A DNA stretch of 64,000 nucleotides from an uncultured Gemmatimonadales bacterium (GTDB lineage: Bacteria; Gemmatimonadota; Gemmatimonadetes; Gemmatimonadales; GWC2-71-9). Position 1 is the stretch's first letter, and each line of letters begins with the position of its first letter. The position numbers and the translations under genes are program-made. Under the pieces are notes generated by a model, which was given only the letters and a program-made list of their open reading frames with translations, had not been told where the DNA came from and ran no database searches. Location of the stretch: positions 384,001 through 448,000 of the forward strand of contig CAVOGR010000002.1 in assembly GCA_963695555.1 (NCBI GenBank). The letters run 5' to 3'. Below, piece by piece: positions 46,854 to 55,984 of the stretch.

Positions 46854-47555
46854 ATGTCACAGTCGGTTTCGCCCCTGGTAGAGGCCGCCGAGCTTCCGGT
46901 CGGGTACCGGGGGCCCCGCGGTTCGATTGTCGTCGAGCTCAAGCGCTCGGCCGGTCTCACCGCCAAGGAATTGGCGGCCAAGCTCGGTTTGTCCCTCAAC
47001 GCGACCCGCCATCACATCCGTGAGCTGGAGGCCGACGGCTTGATCGTGTACGAGCGGGAGCAGCGCGGCGTTGGGGCCCCGGTGTTCGTCTACCGCTTGT
47101 CGCGGCAGGGCGAGGCGCTCTTTCCCCGGCGCTACGAGCAGACCTTGACCGAGTTATTGGACCACGTCGTCGAGCGGGAGGGCCGGGCTGGGGCCGTGCG
47201 GCTCTTGGAGCGACACTTCGATCAGCTGCAACGGAAGTTGGTGTTGGAGCTCGAGGGGGTCTCGGCCCCGCGTCGGCTGGCGGTGGTGGCGCAGGTGTTG
47301 TCGCAGGAAGGGTTCATGGCCGAGTCGGAAGGGAGCGGCGCGAGCGGCACGCTCCGGGAGCACAATTGCGCCCTCCGGTCGGTGGCCGAGCGATTTCCGG
47401 AGCTATGCGCGGCCGAGCGACGGGTGCTCGCCGAGGTGCTGGCTGCGGAGGTTGAACGTCGCACCCATCTCTTGGGTGGCTGCGCCGCTTGTGAATATCA
47501 CGTGCAATTCACGCCAATGCCCGAGCAGACCGGGCCTGGGGAGAACGCCGACTAA
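46854..47555 (+). CDS. SufR-like HTH regulator
   Basis: N-terminal wHTH, 'FPRRY', Cys motifs 'HNC', 'ELC', 'GCAAC'; precedes sufB. Confidence 0.8.
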   Translation: MSQSVSPLVEAAELPVGYRGPRGSIVVELKRSAGLTAKELAAKLGLSLNATRHHIRELEADGLIVYEREQRGVGAPVFVYRLSRQGEALFPRRYEQTLTELLDHVVEREGRAGAVRLLERHFDQLQRKLVLELEGVSAPRRLAVVAQVLSQEGFMAESEGSGASGTLREHNCALRSVAERFPELCAAERRVLAEVLAAEVERRTHLLGGCAACEYHVQFTPMPEQTGPGENAD

Positions 47556-48991
47556 TGACCGGATCAGTCGAATCACTGGTTCAGCGCCAATACAAGTACG
47601 GGTTCACGACGGACATTGAGTCCGACGTTGTTCCACGCGGCCTCAACGAAGACACGATCAGGCTGATCTCCGCCAAGAAGAAGGAACCTGCCTTCCTCCT
47701 GGAGTGGCGCCTCAAGGCCTACCGCGGGTGGCTCAAGATGACGGAGCCCCATTGGGCCAATGTTACGTACCCGCCGATCGACTACCAGGACATGATCTAC
47801 TACGCGGCGCCCAAGACGGCAAAGCCCCTGGGCAGCCTCGACGAGGTCGATCCCAAGCTGCTCGAGACCTACGCCAAGCTCGGGATACCGCTGTCTGAGC
47901 AAAAGCGCTTAGCGGGTGTGGCGGTCGACGCCATTTTCGACAGCGTATCGGTCGCGACCACGTACCGAGAGGCCTTGGCCAAGCGTGGCGTCATCTTCTG
48001 CTCGTTTTCCGAGGCAGTCCAGGAGCACCCGGAGCTGATCGAACGCTACTTGGGGTCGGTGGTGCCGCCGACAGACAACTTCTTCGCGGCCCTCAATGCC
48101 GCGGTGTTCAGCGACGGGTCCTTCGTATTCGTGCCCAAGGGCGTCGCGTGCCCGATGGAGCTCTCGACCTACTTCCGGATCAACACGGCGGACACGGGGC
48201 AGTTCGAGCGGACGCTGATCATTGCGGAAGAGGGAGCATCGGTGAGCTACCTCGAGGGCTGCACGGCACCGATGCGCGACACCAACCAGTTGCATGCGGC
48301 GGTGGTGGAGCTCGTGGCGCTGGACGATGCCACGATCAAGTACTCGACCGTGCAAAATTGGTACGCGGGCGACGAGAACGGCGTCGGCGGCATCTACAAT
48401 TTCGTCACCAAGCGCGGGAAGTGCGCTGGGCGTAACTCGCGCATTACCTGGACCCAGGTCGAAACCGGGTCCTCCATCACCTGGAAATATCCGAGCGTCC
48501 TGCTTCAGGGGGACAACTCGATTGGTGAGTTCTATTCCGTCGCCGTCACCAACAGTCGCCAGCAGGCCGATACCGGCACCAAGATGATTCACCTGGGCCG
48601 GAACACGCGGAGCACGATCATCTCCAAGGGTATTTCCGCCGGTCACGGCAACAACAGCTATCGCGGCCTGGTCAAGGTCTTGCCCAAGGCTGACGGGGCG
48701 CGCAACTACACCCAATGCGACTCCATGCTGATCGGCAACGAGTGTGGAGCGCACACGTTTCCGTATATCGACGTGCAGAACAACACGGCCTCGGTGGAAC
48801 ACGAGGCGTCGACCGCCAAGATCGGCGAAGACCAGATTTTCTATTGCCACCAGCGGGGGCTCGATACCGAGGACGCCATCTCCATGATCGTCAACGGCTT
48901 CTGTAAGGACGTCTTTCAGACGCTGCCCATGGAGTTTGCCGTCGAGGCGCAAAAGCTCCTCGGCATCAGTCTCGAAGGAAGCGTTGGGTAA
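47555..48991 (+). CDS. sufB: Fe-S cluster assembly protein SufB
   Basis: 'YKYGF', 'GQFERTLI', 'YLEGCTAP', 'TWKYPS', 'EHEAST'. Confidence 0.97.
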   Translation: MTGSVESLVQRQYKYGFTTDIESDVVPRGLNEDTIRLISAKKKEPAFLLEWRLKAYRGWLKMTEPHWANVTYPPIDYQDMIYYAAPKTAKPLGSLDEVDPKLLETYAKLGIPLSEQKRLAGVAVDAIFDSVSVATTYREALAKRGVIFCSFSEAVQEHPELIERYLGSVVPPTDNFFAALNAAVFSDGSFVFVPKGVACPMELSTYFRINTADTGQFERTLIIAEEGASVSYLEGCTAPMRDTNQLHAAVVELVALDDATIKYSTVQNWYAGDENGVGGIYNFVTKRGKCAGRNSRITWTQVETGSSITWKYPSVLLQGDNSIGEFYSVAVTNSRQQADTGTKMIHLGRNTRSTIISKGISAGHGNNSYRGLVKVLPKADGARNYTQCDSMLIGNECGAHTFPYIDVQNNTASVEHEASTAKIGEDQIFYCHQRGLDTEDAISMIVNGFCKDVFQTLPMEFAVEAQKLLGISLEGSVG

Positions 48992-49046
48992 GCCGGCCGG
49001 GGTAGCGACCGACTCTCTCCACGCCTAACCACTGAGGAACACCGAC

Positions 49047-49796
49047 GTGCTCGAGATCAAGAATCTGCATGCGAAGGCTGAGGAAAATCTCATTCTCAAA
49101 GGGATCGACCTTACCGTACAGGCCGGTGAAGTCCACGCGGTCATGGGTCCGAACGGCTCCGGCAAGAGCACGCTGGCCCAAGTGTTGGCCGGGCACCCGG
49201 CCTATGAAGTGACCGAGGGATCGGTTCATTTCGAAGGCCAGGATCTGCTCGAGCTGGCGGCGGAGGAGCGAGCCGCGGCCGGCATTTTCCTCGCGTTTCA
49301 ATATCCGGTCGAGATTCCGGGCGTCTCCAACGCCTACTTTCTCAGAGCTGCGTACAACGAGCAGCGAAAGCGGCGCGGCCTCGAGGAGATCGACCCGATC
49401 GACTTCATGGATTTGATGGACGAGAAACTGTCCATGGTCCAGTGGAGCTCCGACATCCTCAGCCGGTCCGTCAACGCCGGGTTCTCCGGTGGCGAGAAGA
49501 AGCGCAACGAGATTCTTCAGATGGCGGTGCTGGAGCCGAAGCTCGCCATCCTCGACGAAACGGATTCCGGGCTGGACATCGATGCGTTGCGGATCGTCGC
49601 CGAGGGCGTGAACAGCCTTCGCCGTCCGGACAACGCCACGATCGTGGTGACGCACTACCAGCGGCTCCTGAACTACATCGTTCCGGACTACGTGCACGTC
49701 CTGTCCGGAGGGCGGATCGTCAAGTCCGGTGGCAAGGAACTCGCCCTCGAACTCGAGGCCCGGGGCTACGATTGGGTGCGCGAGGTGGCCGCCTGA
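49047..49796 (+). CDS. sufC: Fe-S cluster assembly ATPase SufC
   Basis: 'GPNGSGKST', 'FSGGEKKRNE', 'LDETDSGLD', 'THYQRLL'. Confidence 0.97.
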   Translation: MLEIKNLHAKAEENLILKGIDLTVQAGEVHAVMGPNGSGKSTLAQVLAGHPAYEVTEGSVHFEGQDLLELAAEERAAAGIFLAFQYPVEIPGVSNAYFLRAAYNEQRKRRGLEEIDPIDFMDLMDEKLSMVQWSSDILSRSVNAGFSGGEKKRNEILQMAVLEPKLAILDETDSGLDIDALRIVAEGVNSLRRPDNATIVVTHYQRLLNYIVPDYVHVLSGGRIVKSGGKELALELEARGYDWVREVAA

Positions 49797-51112
49797 TGCT
49801 CGAGACCTATCGCCACGCGTTCCAGCGCTTTACCCAAAACGGCGGTGGCTCCCCCGCGTGGCTCCGCCCGCTCCGTGAAGCCGGCCTCGATCGCTTCGTA
49901 CGGGCTGGATTCCCGACGCGAAAGAATGAAGATTGGCGCTTCACCAACGTGCAACCCATCGCGAAGAGGGAGTTCCCGCTGCTGGAACCCCCCGCGACAA
50001 GGCCTACCGTGGAGTCGTTGCGTCCGTATCTCTTCGGACACGAGGACTGGCCCCGGTTGGTGTTCGTCAACGGTCGGCTGTCTCGGGAGTTATCGCACTT
50101 CGACGGTGTGCCCTCCTCCGTCCGGCTGGTGGGCCTGCACGACGCCCTGGAGTCCCACCGCGATCTGGTCGAGCCGCATCTGACCAAGGTGGCCGTCAAC
50201 GCCCCTGGCGCATTCACCGACCTCAACACCGCGTTCATGGGCGATGGTGCGTTCCTGTTTCTGCCGGCCGATGCCGTGGTCGAGCAGCCGATTCACCTGT
50301 TGTTCGTGACGGTGCCGGATGGCACCGAGGGCGCGACCCATCCCCGCACGCTGATCGTTGCGGAGCGGCACGCACAGGCGACGGTGCTCGAGAGCTACGT
50401 GTCGCTCGCGGAGCAGCGGTACCTGACCAACGCGGTCTCCGAACTCGTGCTGGCGGACGGAGCCCGGGTTCACCACTACAAGGTGCAGCAGGAGAGCGAA
50501 GCCGCCTACCACGTCGGCACCATCGAGGCGTACCAGAGCCGGGACAGCCACTTCGAATCGTTTTCGTTTGCCATGGGTGGCGCCCTTTCGCGCACCAATA
50601 TCTACACGGTGCTCGATGGGGAAGGGGCACACACCCAACTGAACGGGCTCTATGTGGGCCACGGCGTCCAGCATCTCGACCACCAGACCCGGATCGAGCA
50701 TGCCAAGCCTGGGTGCACCAGCCGCGAGATCTACAAAGGAATGCTCGACGACCGCTCACACGCGGTCTTCAACGGCAAGGTTTACGTCCGGCCCGAGGCA
50801 CAGCAGACCGACGGCAAGCAGACCAACAGAAACCTCCTGCTCTCGGATACGGCCAAGGTCGACACCAAGCCGCAGCTCGAAATCTTTGCCGACGACGTGA
50901 AGTGTACCCACGGGGCTACGGTGGGCCAGCTCGATGAGTCGGCGCTGTTTTACTGCCGGACGCGCGGGATTCCACTCCCCGAGGCACGGACCTTGGTTAC
51001 CTACGCCTTTGCGGCCGAGGTGATCGAGGAGATCGAGTGCCGGCCGGTGGCAGAACACCTCGAGGCGCTCGTACGGGAGCGGCTCATCCGGGGCAAGGCG
51101 CCCCTCGCGTGA
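49796..51112 (+). CDS. sufD: Fe-S cluster assembly protein SufD
   Basis: 'EDWRFT', 'KPQLEIFADDVKCTHGATVG'. Confidence 0.95.
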   Translation: MLETYRHAFQRFTQNGGGSPAWLRPLREAGLDRFVRAGFPTRKNEDWRFTNVQPIAKREFPLLEPPATRPTVESLRPYLFGHEDWPRLVFVNGRLSRELSHFDGVPSSVRLVGLHDALESHRDLVEPHLTKVAVNAPGAFTDLNTAFMGDGAFLFLPADAVVEQPIHLLFVTVPDGTEGATHPRTLIVAERHAQATVLESYVSLAEQRYLTNAVSELVLADGARVHHYKVQQESEAAYHVGTIEAYQSRDSHFESFSFAMGGALSRTNIYTVLDGEGAHTQLNGLYVGHGVQHLDHQTRIEHAKPGCTSREIYKGMLDDRSHAVFNGKVYVRPEAQQTDGKQTNRNLLLSDTAKVDTKPQLEIFADDVKCTHGATVGQLDESALFYCRTRGIPLPEARTLVTYAFAAEVIEEIECRPVAEHLEALVRERLIRGKAPLA

Positions 51113-51114
51113 CC

Positions 51115-52374
51115 ATGGCTTCCGAGCCGCTGGCCTCTCCTCGTCTGACGGCGACCGGGTTCGACCCGGCGCGGGTTCGCCGGGACTTTCCGGCGCTGGC
51201 ACTGCGCCCTTACGGCAAGCCGTTGGCCTACCTGGACAATGCGGCGAGCAGCCAGAAGCCTCGGGCAATGATCGACGCCATGACGGCCTACTACGAGACC
51301 AGTCACGCGAACGTTCACCGCGGGCTCCATTACCTGAGCGAACGCGCGACCGCGGCCTACGATGCCGCCCGCGAGAAGGTCCGCGCGTTCTTGAACGCGG
51401 CGGACCAACGCGAAATCATCTTCGTCCGGGGCACGACTGAAGCCATCAACCTGGTCGCCCAGAGCTTCGGGCGCTCGATCGCTGATCCGGGGGACGAGAT
51501 CCTCGTCACGGAGATGGAGCACCATTCGAACATCGTCCCTTGGCAGATGGTCTGCGAGCAGACCGGTGCCACACTCCGGGTCGTGCCCATGACGGACGCC
51601 GGCGAACTCGATCTCGACGCCTTCGACCGACTGCTCTCGCCCAGGACCAAGCTGTTCGCCGTCGTCCACATTTCCAACGCCCTAGGCACCGTCAACCCGA
51701 TCAAAGACATGACGGCAAGAGCCCATGCGGCCGGCGTGCCCGTTCTAGTCGACGGGGCGCAGTCGATGCAGCACGGCCCGGTTGACGTCCAGGACCTCGA
51801 CTGTGACTTCTTCGCCTGCTCCGGCCACAAGATGTTCGGTCCGACCGGAATCGGTGTGTTGTACGGCAAGGCCGACCTGCTGGAACGCATGCCGCCCTAC
51901 CAGGGTGGGGGTGACATGATCGAACAGGTGAGCTTCACGACCACAACCTACGCACGCTTGCCGGCCAAATTCGAGGCGGGAACACCGGCCATTGCCGAGG
52001 CCGTGGGATTGGGTGCGACCATCGATTACCTCGGCGCAATCGACTTCACAGCGCTCGCGGCCTACGAACGGGACCTGCTCCGGTACGCCACCGAGCGTGT
52101 GTCGACGGTACCGGGCGTGCGTTTGATCGGCACCGCCCGGGAGCGTGCCGGTGTCTTGAGCTTCGTCATGGATCCGATCCATCCGCACGATATCGGGACG
52201 GTATTGGACCGCGAAGGCGTCGCCGTGCGTGCCGGCCACCACTGTGCGCAGCCGGTGATGGAGCACTTCGGCGTCCCGGCCACCATCCGGGCCTCATTCG
52301 CGCTCTACAACACGAAGGACGAGGTCGACGCACTGGTCGCCGCTCTTGGCCATGCTCGCGACCTGCTTGCCTGA
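51115..52374 (+). CDS. sufS: Cysteine desulfurase SufS
   Basis: 'YLDNAASSQKP', 'EHHSN', 'SGHKM', 'RAGHHCAQP'. Confidence 0.96.
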   Translation: MASEPLASPRLTATGFDPARVRRDFPALALRPYGKPLAYLDNAASSQKPRAMIDAMTAYYETSHANVHRGLHYLSERATAAYDAAREKVRAFLNAADQREIIFVRGTTEAINLVAQSFGRSIADPGDEILVTEMEHHSNIVPWQMVCEQTGATLRVVPMTDAGELDLDAFDRLLSPRTKLFAVVHISNALGTVNPIKDMTARAHAAGVPVLVDGAQSMQHGPVDVQDLDCDFFACSGHKMFGPTGIGVLYGKADLLERMPPYQGGGDMIEQVSFTTTTYARLPAKFEAGTPAIAEAVGLGATIDYLGAIDFTALAAYERDLLRYATERVSTVPGVRLIGTARERAGVLSFVMDPIHPHDIGTVLDREGVAVRAGHHCAQPVMEHFGVPATIRASFALYNTKDEVDALVAALGHARDLLA

Positions 52375-52826
52375 TGGACGATCTTCACGAGCTCTATCAA
52401 AGCGTCATCCTCGATCACAACCGCTCGCCGAGGAATTTCCGCGAGCTGGAGGATGCCAGCGGCCGAGCGGAAGGGTACAACCCGCTCTGCGGCGATCGGC
52501 TGACCGTCTGGGTGCGGCTGGAGGACGACCACATTGCCGCGGTGACGTTTCACGGGTCGGGTTGCGCCATCTCCAAGGCGTCGGCGTCGATGATGACCGA
52601 GGCGGTGAAAGGGAAGACGGCCGCCGAGGCCAAGGGCCTAGCACAACAGTTTCAGGAATTGGTCACCGGCCGGAGCGATGCCCGAACCGCACGGGCCAGA
52701 CTGGGAAAGCTGGCGGTGTTTTCGGGGGTGTCGGAGTTTCCGGTGCGGGTCAAGTGCGCCAGTCTGTCGTGGCACACGTTGAAAGCGGCGCTCGACCAAA
52801 CGACCGAGCCGGTAACCACCGAATAA
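52374..52826 (+). CDS. sufU: SufU scaffold/sulfur acceptor
   Basis: 'LYQSVILDH', 'NPLCGD', 'GCAISKASAS', 'RVKCA'. Confidence 0.94.
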   Translation: MDDLHELYQSVILDHNRSPRNFRELEDASGRAEGYNPLCGDRLTVWVRLEDDHIAAVTFHGSGCAISKASASMMTEAVKGKTAAEAKGLAQQFQELVTGRSDARTARARLGKLAVFSGVSEFPVRVKCASLSWHTLKAALDQTTEPVTTE

Positions 52827-52858
52827 TCACAATCTCGTTGACAAGGGAGTAACGATTC

Positions 52859-53293
52859 ATGCCGTACGATTCTGCACTAGTGCGCCCCATGCGCGAGGAA
52901 GTCACGCGCCTCGGCGCCCAGGAGCTCCACACTGTGTCCGATGTCGATGGTGTGCTGGCCAACCAGGCCGGCACTGCCCTGGTCTTTGTGAACTCCGTGT
53001 GCGGCTGCGCCGCGGGGAATGCCCGCCCGGCCTTGGCCCAGGCCCTGGCACATCCGGTGCGGCCGAGCGCCGTCTTCACGGTCTTTGCGGGCCAGGACGT
53101 GGACGCGACGGCCAGGGCACGGAGCTACTTCGGCGAGTACCAGCCCAGCTCTCCGTCGATGGCCTTGATGCGGGACGGCGAAGTGGTCTACATGATGCAC
53201 CGCCACATGATCGAGGGACGGGATCCGGAAGCCATCGTGGCAGACCTGACCGCGGCGTTCGAGCAGTACTGCGGCGCGCCGGTCCGGGACTAG
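52859..53293 (+). CDS. BrxA/BrxB-family bacilliredoxin
   Basis: 'VNSVCGCAAG.ARP', 'VFAGQD..AT', 'PSSPS.AL', 'RH.IEG'. Confidence 0.9.
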   Translation: MPYDSALVRPMREEVTRLGAQELHTVSDVDGVLANQAGTALVFVNSVCGCAAGNARPALAQALAHPVRPSAVFTVFAGQDVDATARARSYFGEYQPSSPSMALMRDGEVVYMMHRHMIEGRDPEAIVADLTAAFEQYCGAPVRD

Positions 53294-53301
53294 GCGCCAC
53301 G

Positions 53302-53589
53302 GTGTCTGGCCACGTCTTTCATCCGGGGCACCACGAACTCCACGGCATAACGGTGGTGGTGACGACACACGACAACCGCACACTGGTTGGACGGTTCGAT
53401 CATGAGGACGCCCAGGGAATCCATCTGCTCGACACCGGCATTCACGACCCGGCGACGAGCGCTGCCTCGCGGGAGGACTACCTCCGGCGCACGCTCAAAT
53501 TCGGCGTCAAGCCCGAACATCCGCGTTTGATCGTCCCGGCTGCTCAGGTAACGGCGATCACCCCATTGCGAGAGATCGCTATTTCCTAG
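53302..53589 (+). CDS. Hypothetical protein with a His-rich N-terminus and possible Sm/LSm fold
   Basis: GTG start 8 nt after the brx stop; 'GHVFHPGHHELHG'; Sm1/Sm2-like segments. Confidence 0.65.
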   Translation: MSGHVFHPGHHELHGITVVVTTHDNRTLVGRFDHEDAQGIHLLDTGIHDPATSAASREDYLRRTLKFGVKPEHPRLIVPAAQVTAITPLREIAIS

Positions 53590-53714
53590 ATCATTGGGCC
53601 CATCGCGTTGTCCGCGCAGCCGCGGGCATCACCCCCTCCAATACGGGCGACCGCGATTGGAGGGTCTTTGCGTCACCACTTTCCATACCCCGCACGCGCA
53701 AGGAATCGCTCGCC

Positions 53715-54671
53715 ATGCCGGAGAACGTGGTCGAAGTACAGGGGGTCACCAAGCGATTCGCCGGCCACACGGCGGTAAAGGCACTCTCGCTCGCTGTCCC
53801 ACGCGGCGGCGTCTTCGGGCTCCTGGGGCCCAACGGGGCTGGGAAAACGACCACGCTCCGGATGATCGTCGACATCATCCGACCGGACGAGGGACGCATC
53901 GCGCTGTTTGGCGGATCGGGCACCGGACGGGAGCACTCGGGGCGCATCGGCTATCTGCCGGAGGAGCGGGGCCTCTACAAGAAGATGACCGTGGTCGAGC
54001 AACTGGCGTTTCTCGGCGAGATCAAGGGCCTGTCCCGACGCGACGCCCTCACGCGCGCTCGGCAGTGGCTCGAGCGGCTGGGCCTCAACGACTGGGTCGA
54101 CCACAAGGTGGAGGACCTCTCGAAGGGAATGCAACAGAAGGTCCAATTCATCGGCACCTTCCTGCACGACCCCGAGCTGGTCATTCTCGACGAGCCGTTC
54201 AGCGGCCTCGACCCGGTGAATACGCAAGCCATGAAGGACATCGTCGTCGGGCTGGCGCGCGAAGGGCGGACCGTGCTCTTCTCGACCCATATCATGGATC
54301 AGGCGGAACGGATGTGCGATCGGATCGTGATCATCGCCCGCGGCGAGAAGGTGGTGGATGGCGCCCTGGCTGATATCAAGGCGGACTTCGGCCGTCGGTT
54401 CCTGGCTCTCGGTTTCACCCACCACCGGGAACAGGCTGCACGGATTCTGGCCGATCGCTCGCTCATCATGCATGTCGACGATTACGGTGGCACCGCCGAG
54501 GCGCAACTCGCCGCCGGTGTCGCGCCCGACCAAGTGCTTCACGCGATGGTCCAGGCCGGGGTCGGCCTGGCTCGGTTCGAGGTGGTCGAGCCCTCGCTCC
54601 AATCCATTTTCATTGCTAAGGTGGGTCCCGAAGCGGCAAGGGCTCCGGCCTTGGAGGCGGGCAATGCATAA
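53715..54671 (+). CDS. ABC-2 transporter ATP-binding protein (NatA/YhaQ-like)
   Basis: 'GPNGAGKTT', 'GYLPEERGLY', 'LSKGMQQK', 'LDEPFSGLDP'. Confidence 0.92.
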   Translation: MPENVVEVQGVTKRFAGHTAVKALSLAVPRGGVFGLLGPNGAGKTTTLRMIVDIIRPDEGRIALFGGSGTGREHSGRIGYLPEERGLYKKMTVVEQLAFLGEIKGLSRRDALTRARQWLERLGLNDWVDHKVEDLSKGMQQKVQFIGTFLHDPELVILDEPFSGLDPVNTQAMKDIVVGLAREGRTVLFSTHIMDQAERMCDRIVIIARGEKVVDGALADIKADFGRRFLALGFTHHREQAARILADRSLIMHVDDYGGTAEAQLAAGVAPDQVLHAMVQAGVGLARFEVVEPSLQSIFIAKVGPEAARAPALEAGNA

Positions 54672-55977
54672 GCTCTGGGCGGTGATCCGACGCGAGTTCG
54701 TGAGTCGTGTGCGGACCCGGATGTTCGTCATTGGGACGGTGTTGGGGCCGCTCTTGATCTTGTTCTTCATGGTGTTCCCGCTCTTGTTGGAGCGAGGGCA
54801 GCAGAAGGTATCCCGCGTGGTGGTGGTCGATGCCTCCACCGGCGGGCTCGGCGTGCGGGTGGCCGAAGCCTTGCGCGGGGCAACCTTTGCCGGTGGCGCG
54901 GATAGCACGCCTCGGTATCAGGTGACGCGCCTCGCAGCGCCTGTCGAGTATCAGTTGGTGCTCGACTCGCTCGTTGCCCTGACCGATGCCCGCGACGCGG
55001 ACCGGGAAGCGCTCGATGGCGTGGTGCTTGTCACCGACAACGTCATGACGTCGGACACGATCCGCTACCTCGGCAGCAACGCCGGGAGCCCAAGTGACAT
55101 GCGGGCGCTCGAACGGACGTTGCGGCAAGTGGTGATCAACGAGCGATTAGTTCGAGCGGGAGTGGACCCACTCCTTCTGATGAGCACCATTCGGCCGGTT
55201 CACCTCGAAACCGCAAAGGTGACCAAGGGGCAACTCACCGGCTCGAGCGGAGAGGCGTCGTTTCTTCTGGCCTATATCATGGCGTTCGTTCTCTATATCG
55301 CGCTCCTCCTCTACGGCATGCAGGTTATGAGCTCGGTGGTGGAGGAGAAGACGAGCCGCATCAATGAAGTGCTCGTCTCGAGCCTCAAACCCTTCGAGCT
55401 CCTGCTGGGTAAGGTGCTGGGTGTCGGCTCCGCCGGGCTCGTGCAGTTGGGCATCTGGGTCGGCGCCGGGCTCCTGCTCACGCAGAATCGCGTCGCTATC
55501 GCTGCCCGGTTCGGCGTGCCGGCCCCGGACGTGGCCAATCTGCCGATTCCGACCATCTCTCTCGATCTCGTGGTGGTGTTTCTCTTGTTCTTCTTCGTGG
55601 GGTTCTTCCTCTATGCGGCGGCATATGCGGCAGTGGGCGCCATGTGCAGCACCCTTCAAGAGACCCAGCAATCCGCGATGCCCGTGACGCTCATCGTCGC
55701 TGCCGCGTTTATCGCCGCCTTCTCACTGCTGCAGGACCCCAACGGGACACTGGCGCGAGTGCTCAGCCTGGTGCCGCTCACCGCACCAATCATCATCCCG
55801 GTCCGCTACTCGCAAAGCCCCATCGGCATTCCGGAGCTGCTCCTCTCGTTTACCCTGAGCGTGCTCGGGATGCTCGCGGTGGCATGGGTGGCCGGCCGGA
55901 TTTACCGGATCGGCATTCTGGCACATGGCAAGCGCCCGGGCATGAAGGAGTTGATGCGCTGGGTCCGAGCCGGCTAG
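54664..55977 (+). CDS. ABC-2 transporter permease (NatB/YhaP-like)
   Basis: 'VIRREF', 'SVVEEKTSRINEVL', 'LLGKVLG', multiple TM segments. Confidence 0.9.
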   Translation: MHKLWAVIRREFVSRVRTRMFVIGTVLGPLLILFFMVFPLLLERGQQKVSRVVVVDASTGGLGVRVAEALRGATFAGGADSTPRYQVTRLAAPVEYQLVLDSLVALTDARDADREALDGVVLVTDNVMTSDTIRYLGSNAGSPSDMRALERTLRQVVINERLVRAGVDPLLLMSTIRPVHLETAKVTKGQLTGSSGEASFLLAYIMAFVLYIALLLYGMQVMSSVVEEKTSRINEVLVSSLKPFELLLGKVLGVGSAGLVQLGIWVGAGLLLTQNRVAIAARFGVPAPDVANLPIPTISLDLVVVFLLFFFVGFFLYAAAYAAVGAMCSTLQETQQSAMPVTLIVAAAFIAAFSLLQDPNGTLARVLSLVPLTAPIIIPVRYSQSPIGIPELLLSFTLSVLGMLAVAWVAGRIYRIGILAHGKRPGMKELMRWVRAG

Positions 55978-55984
55978 GCCTGGT

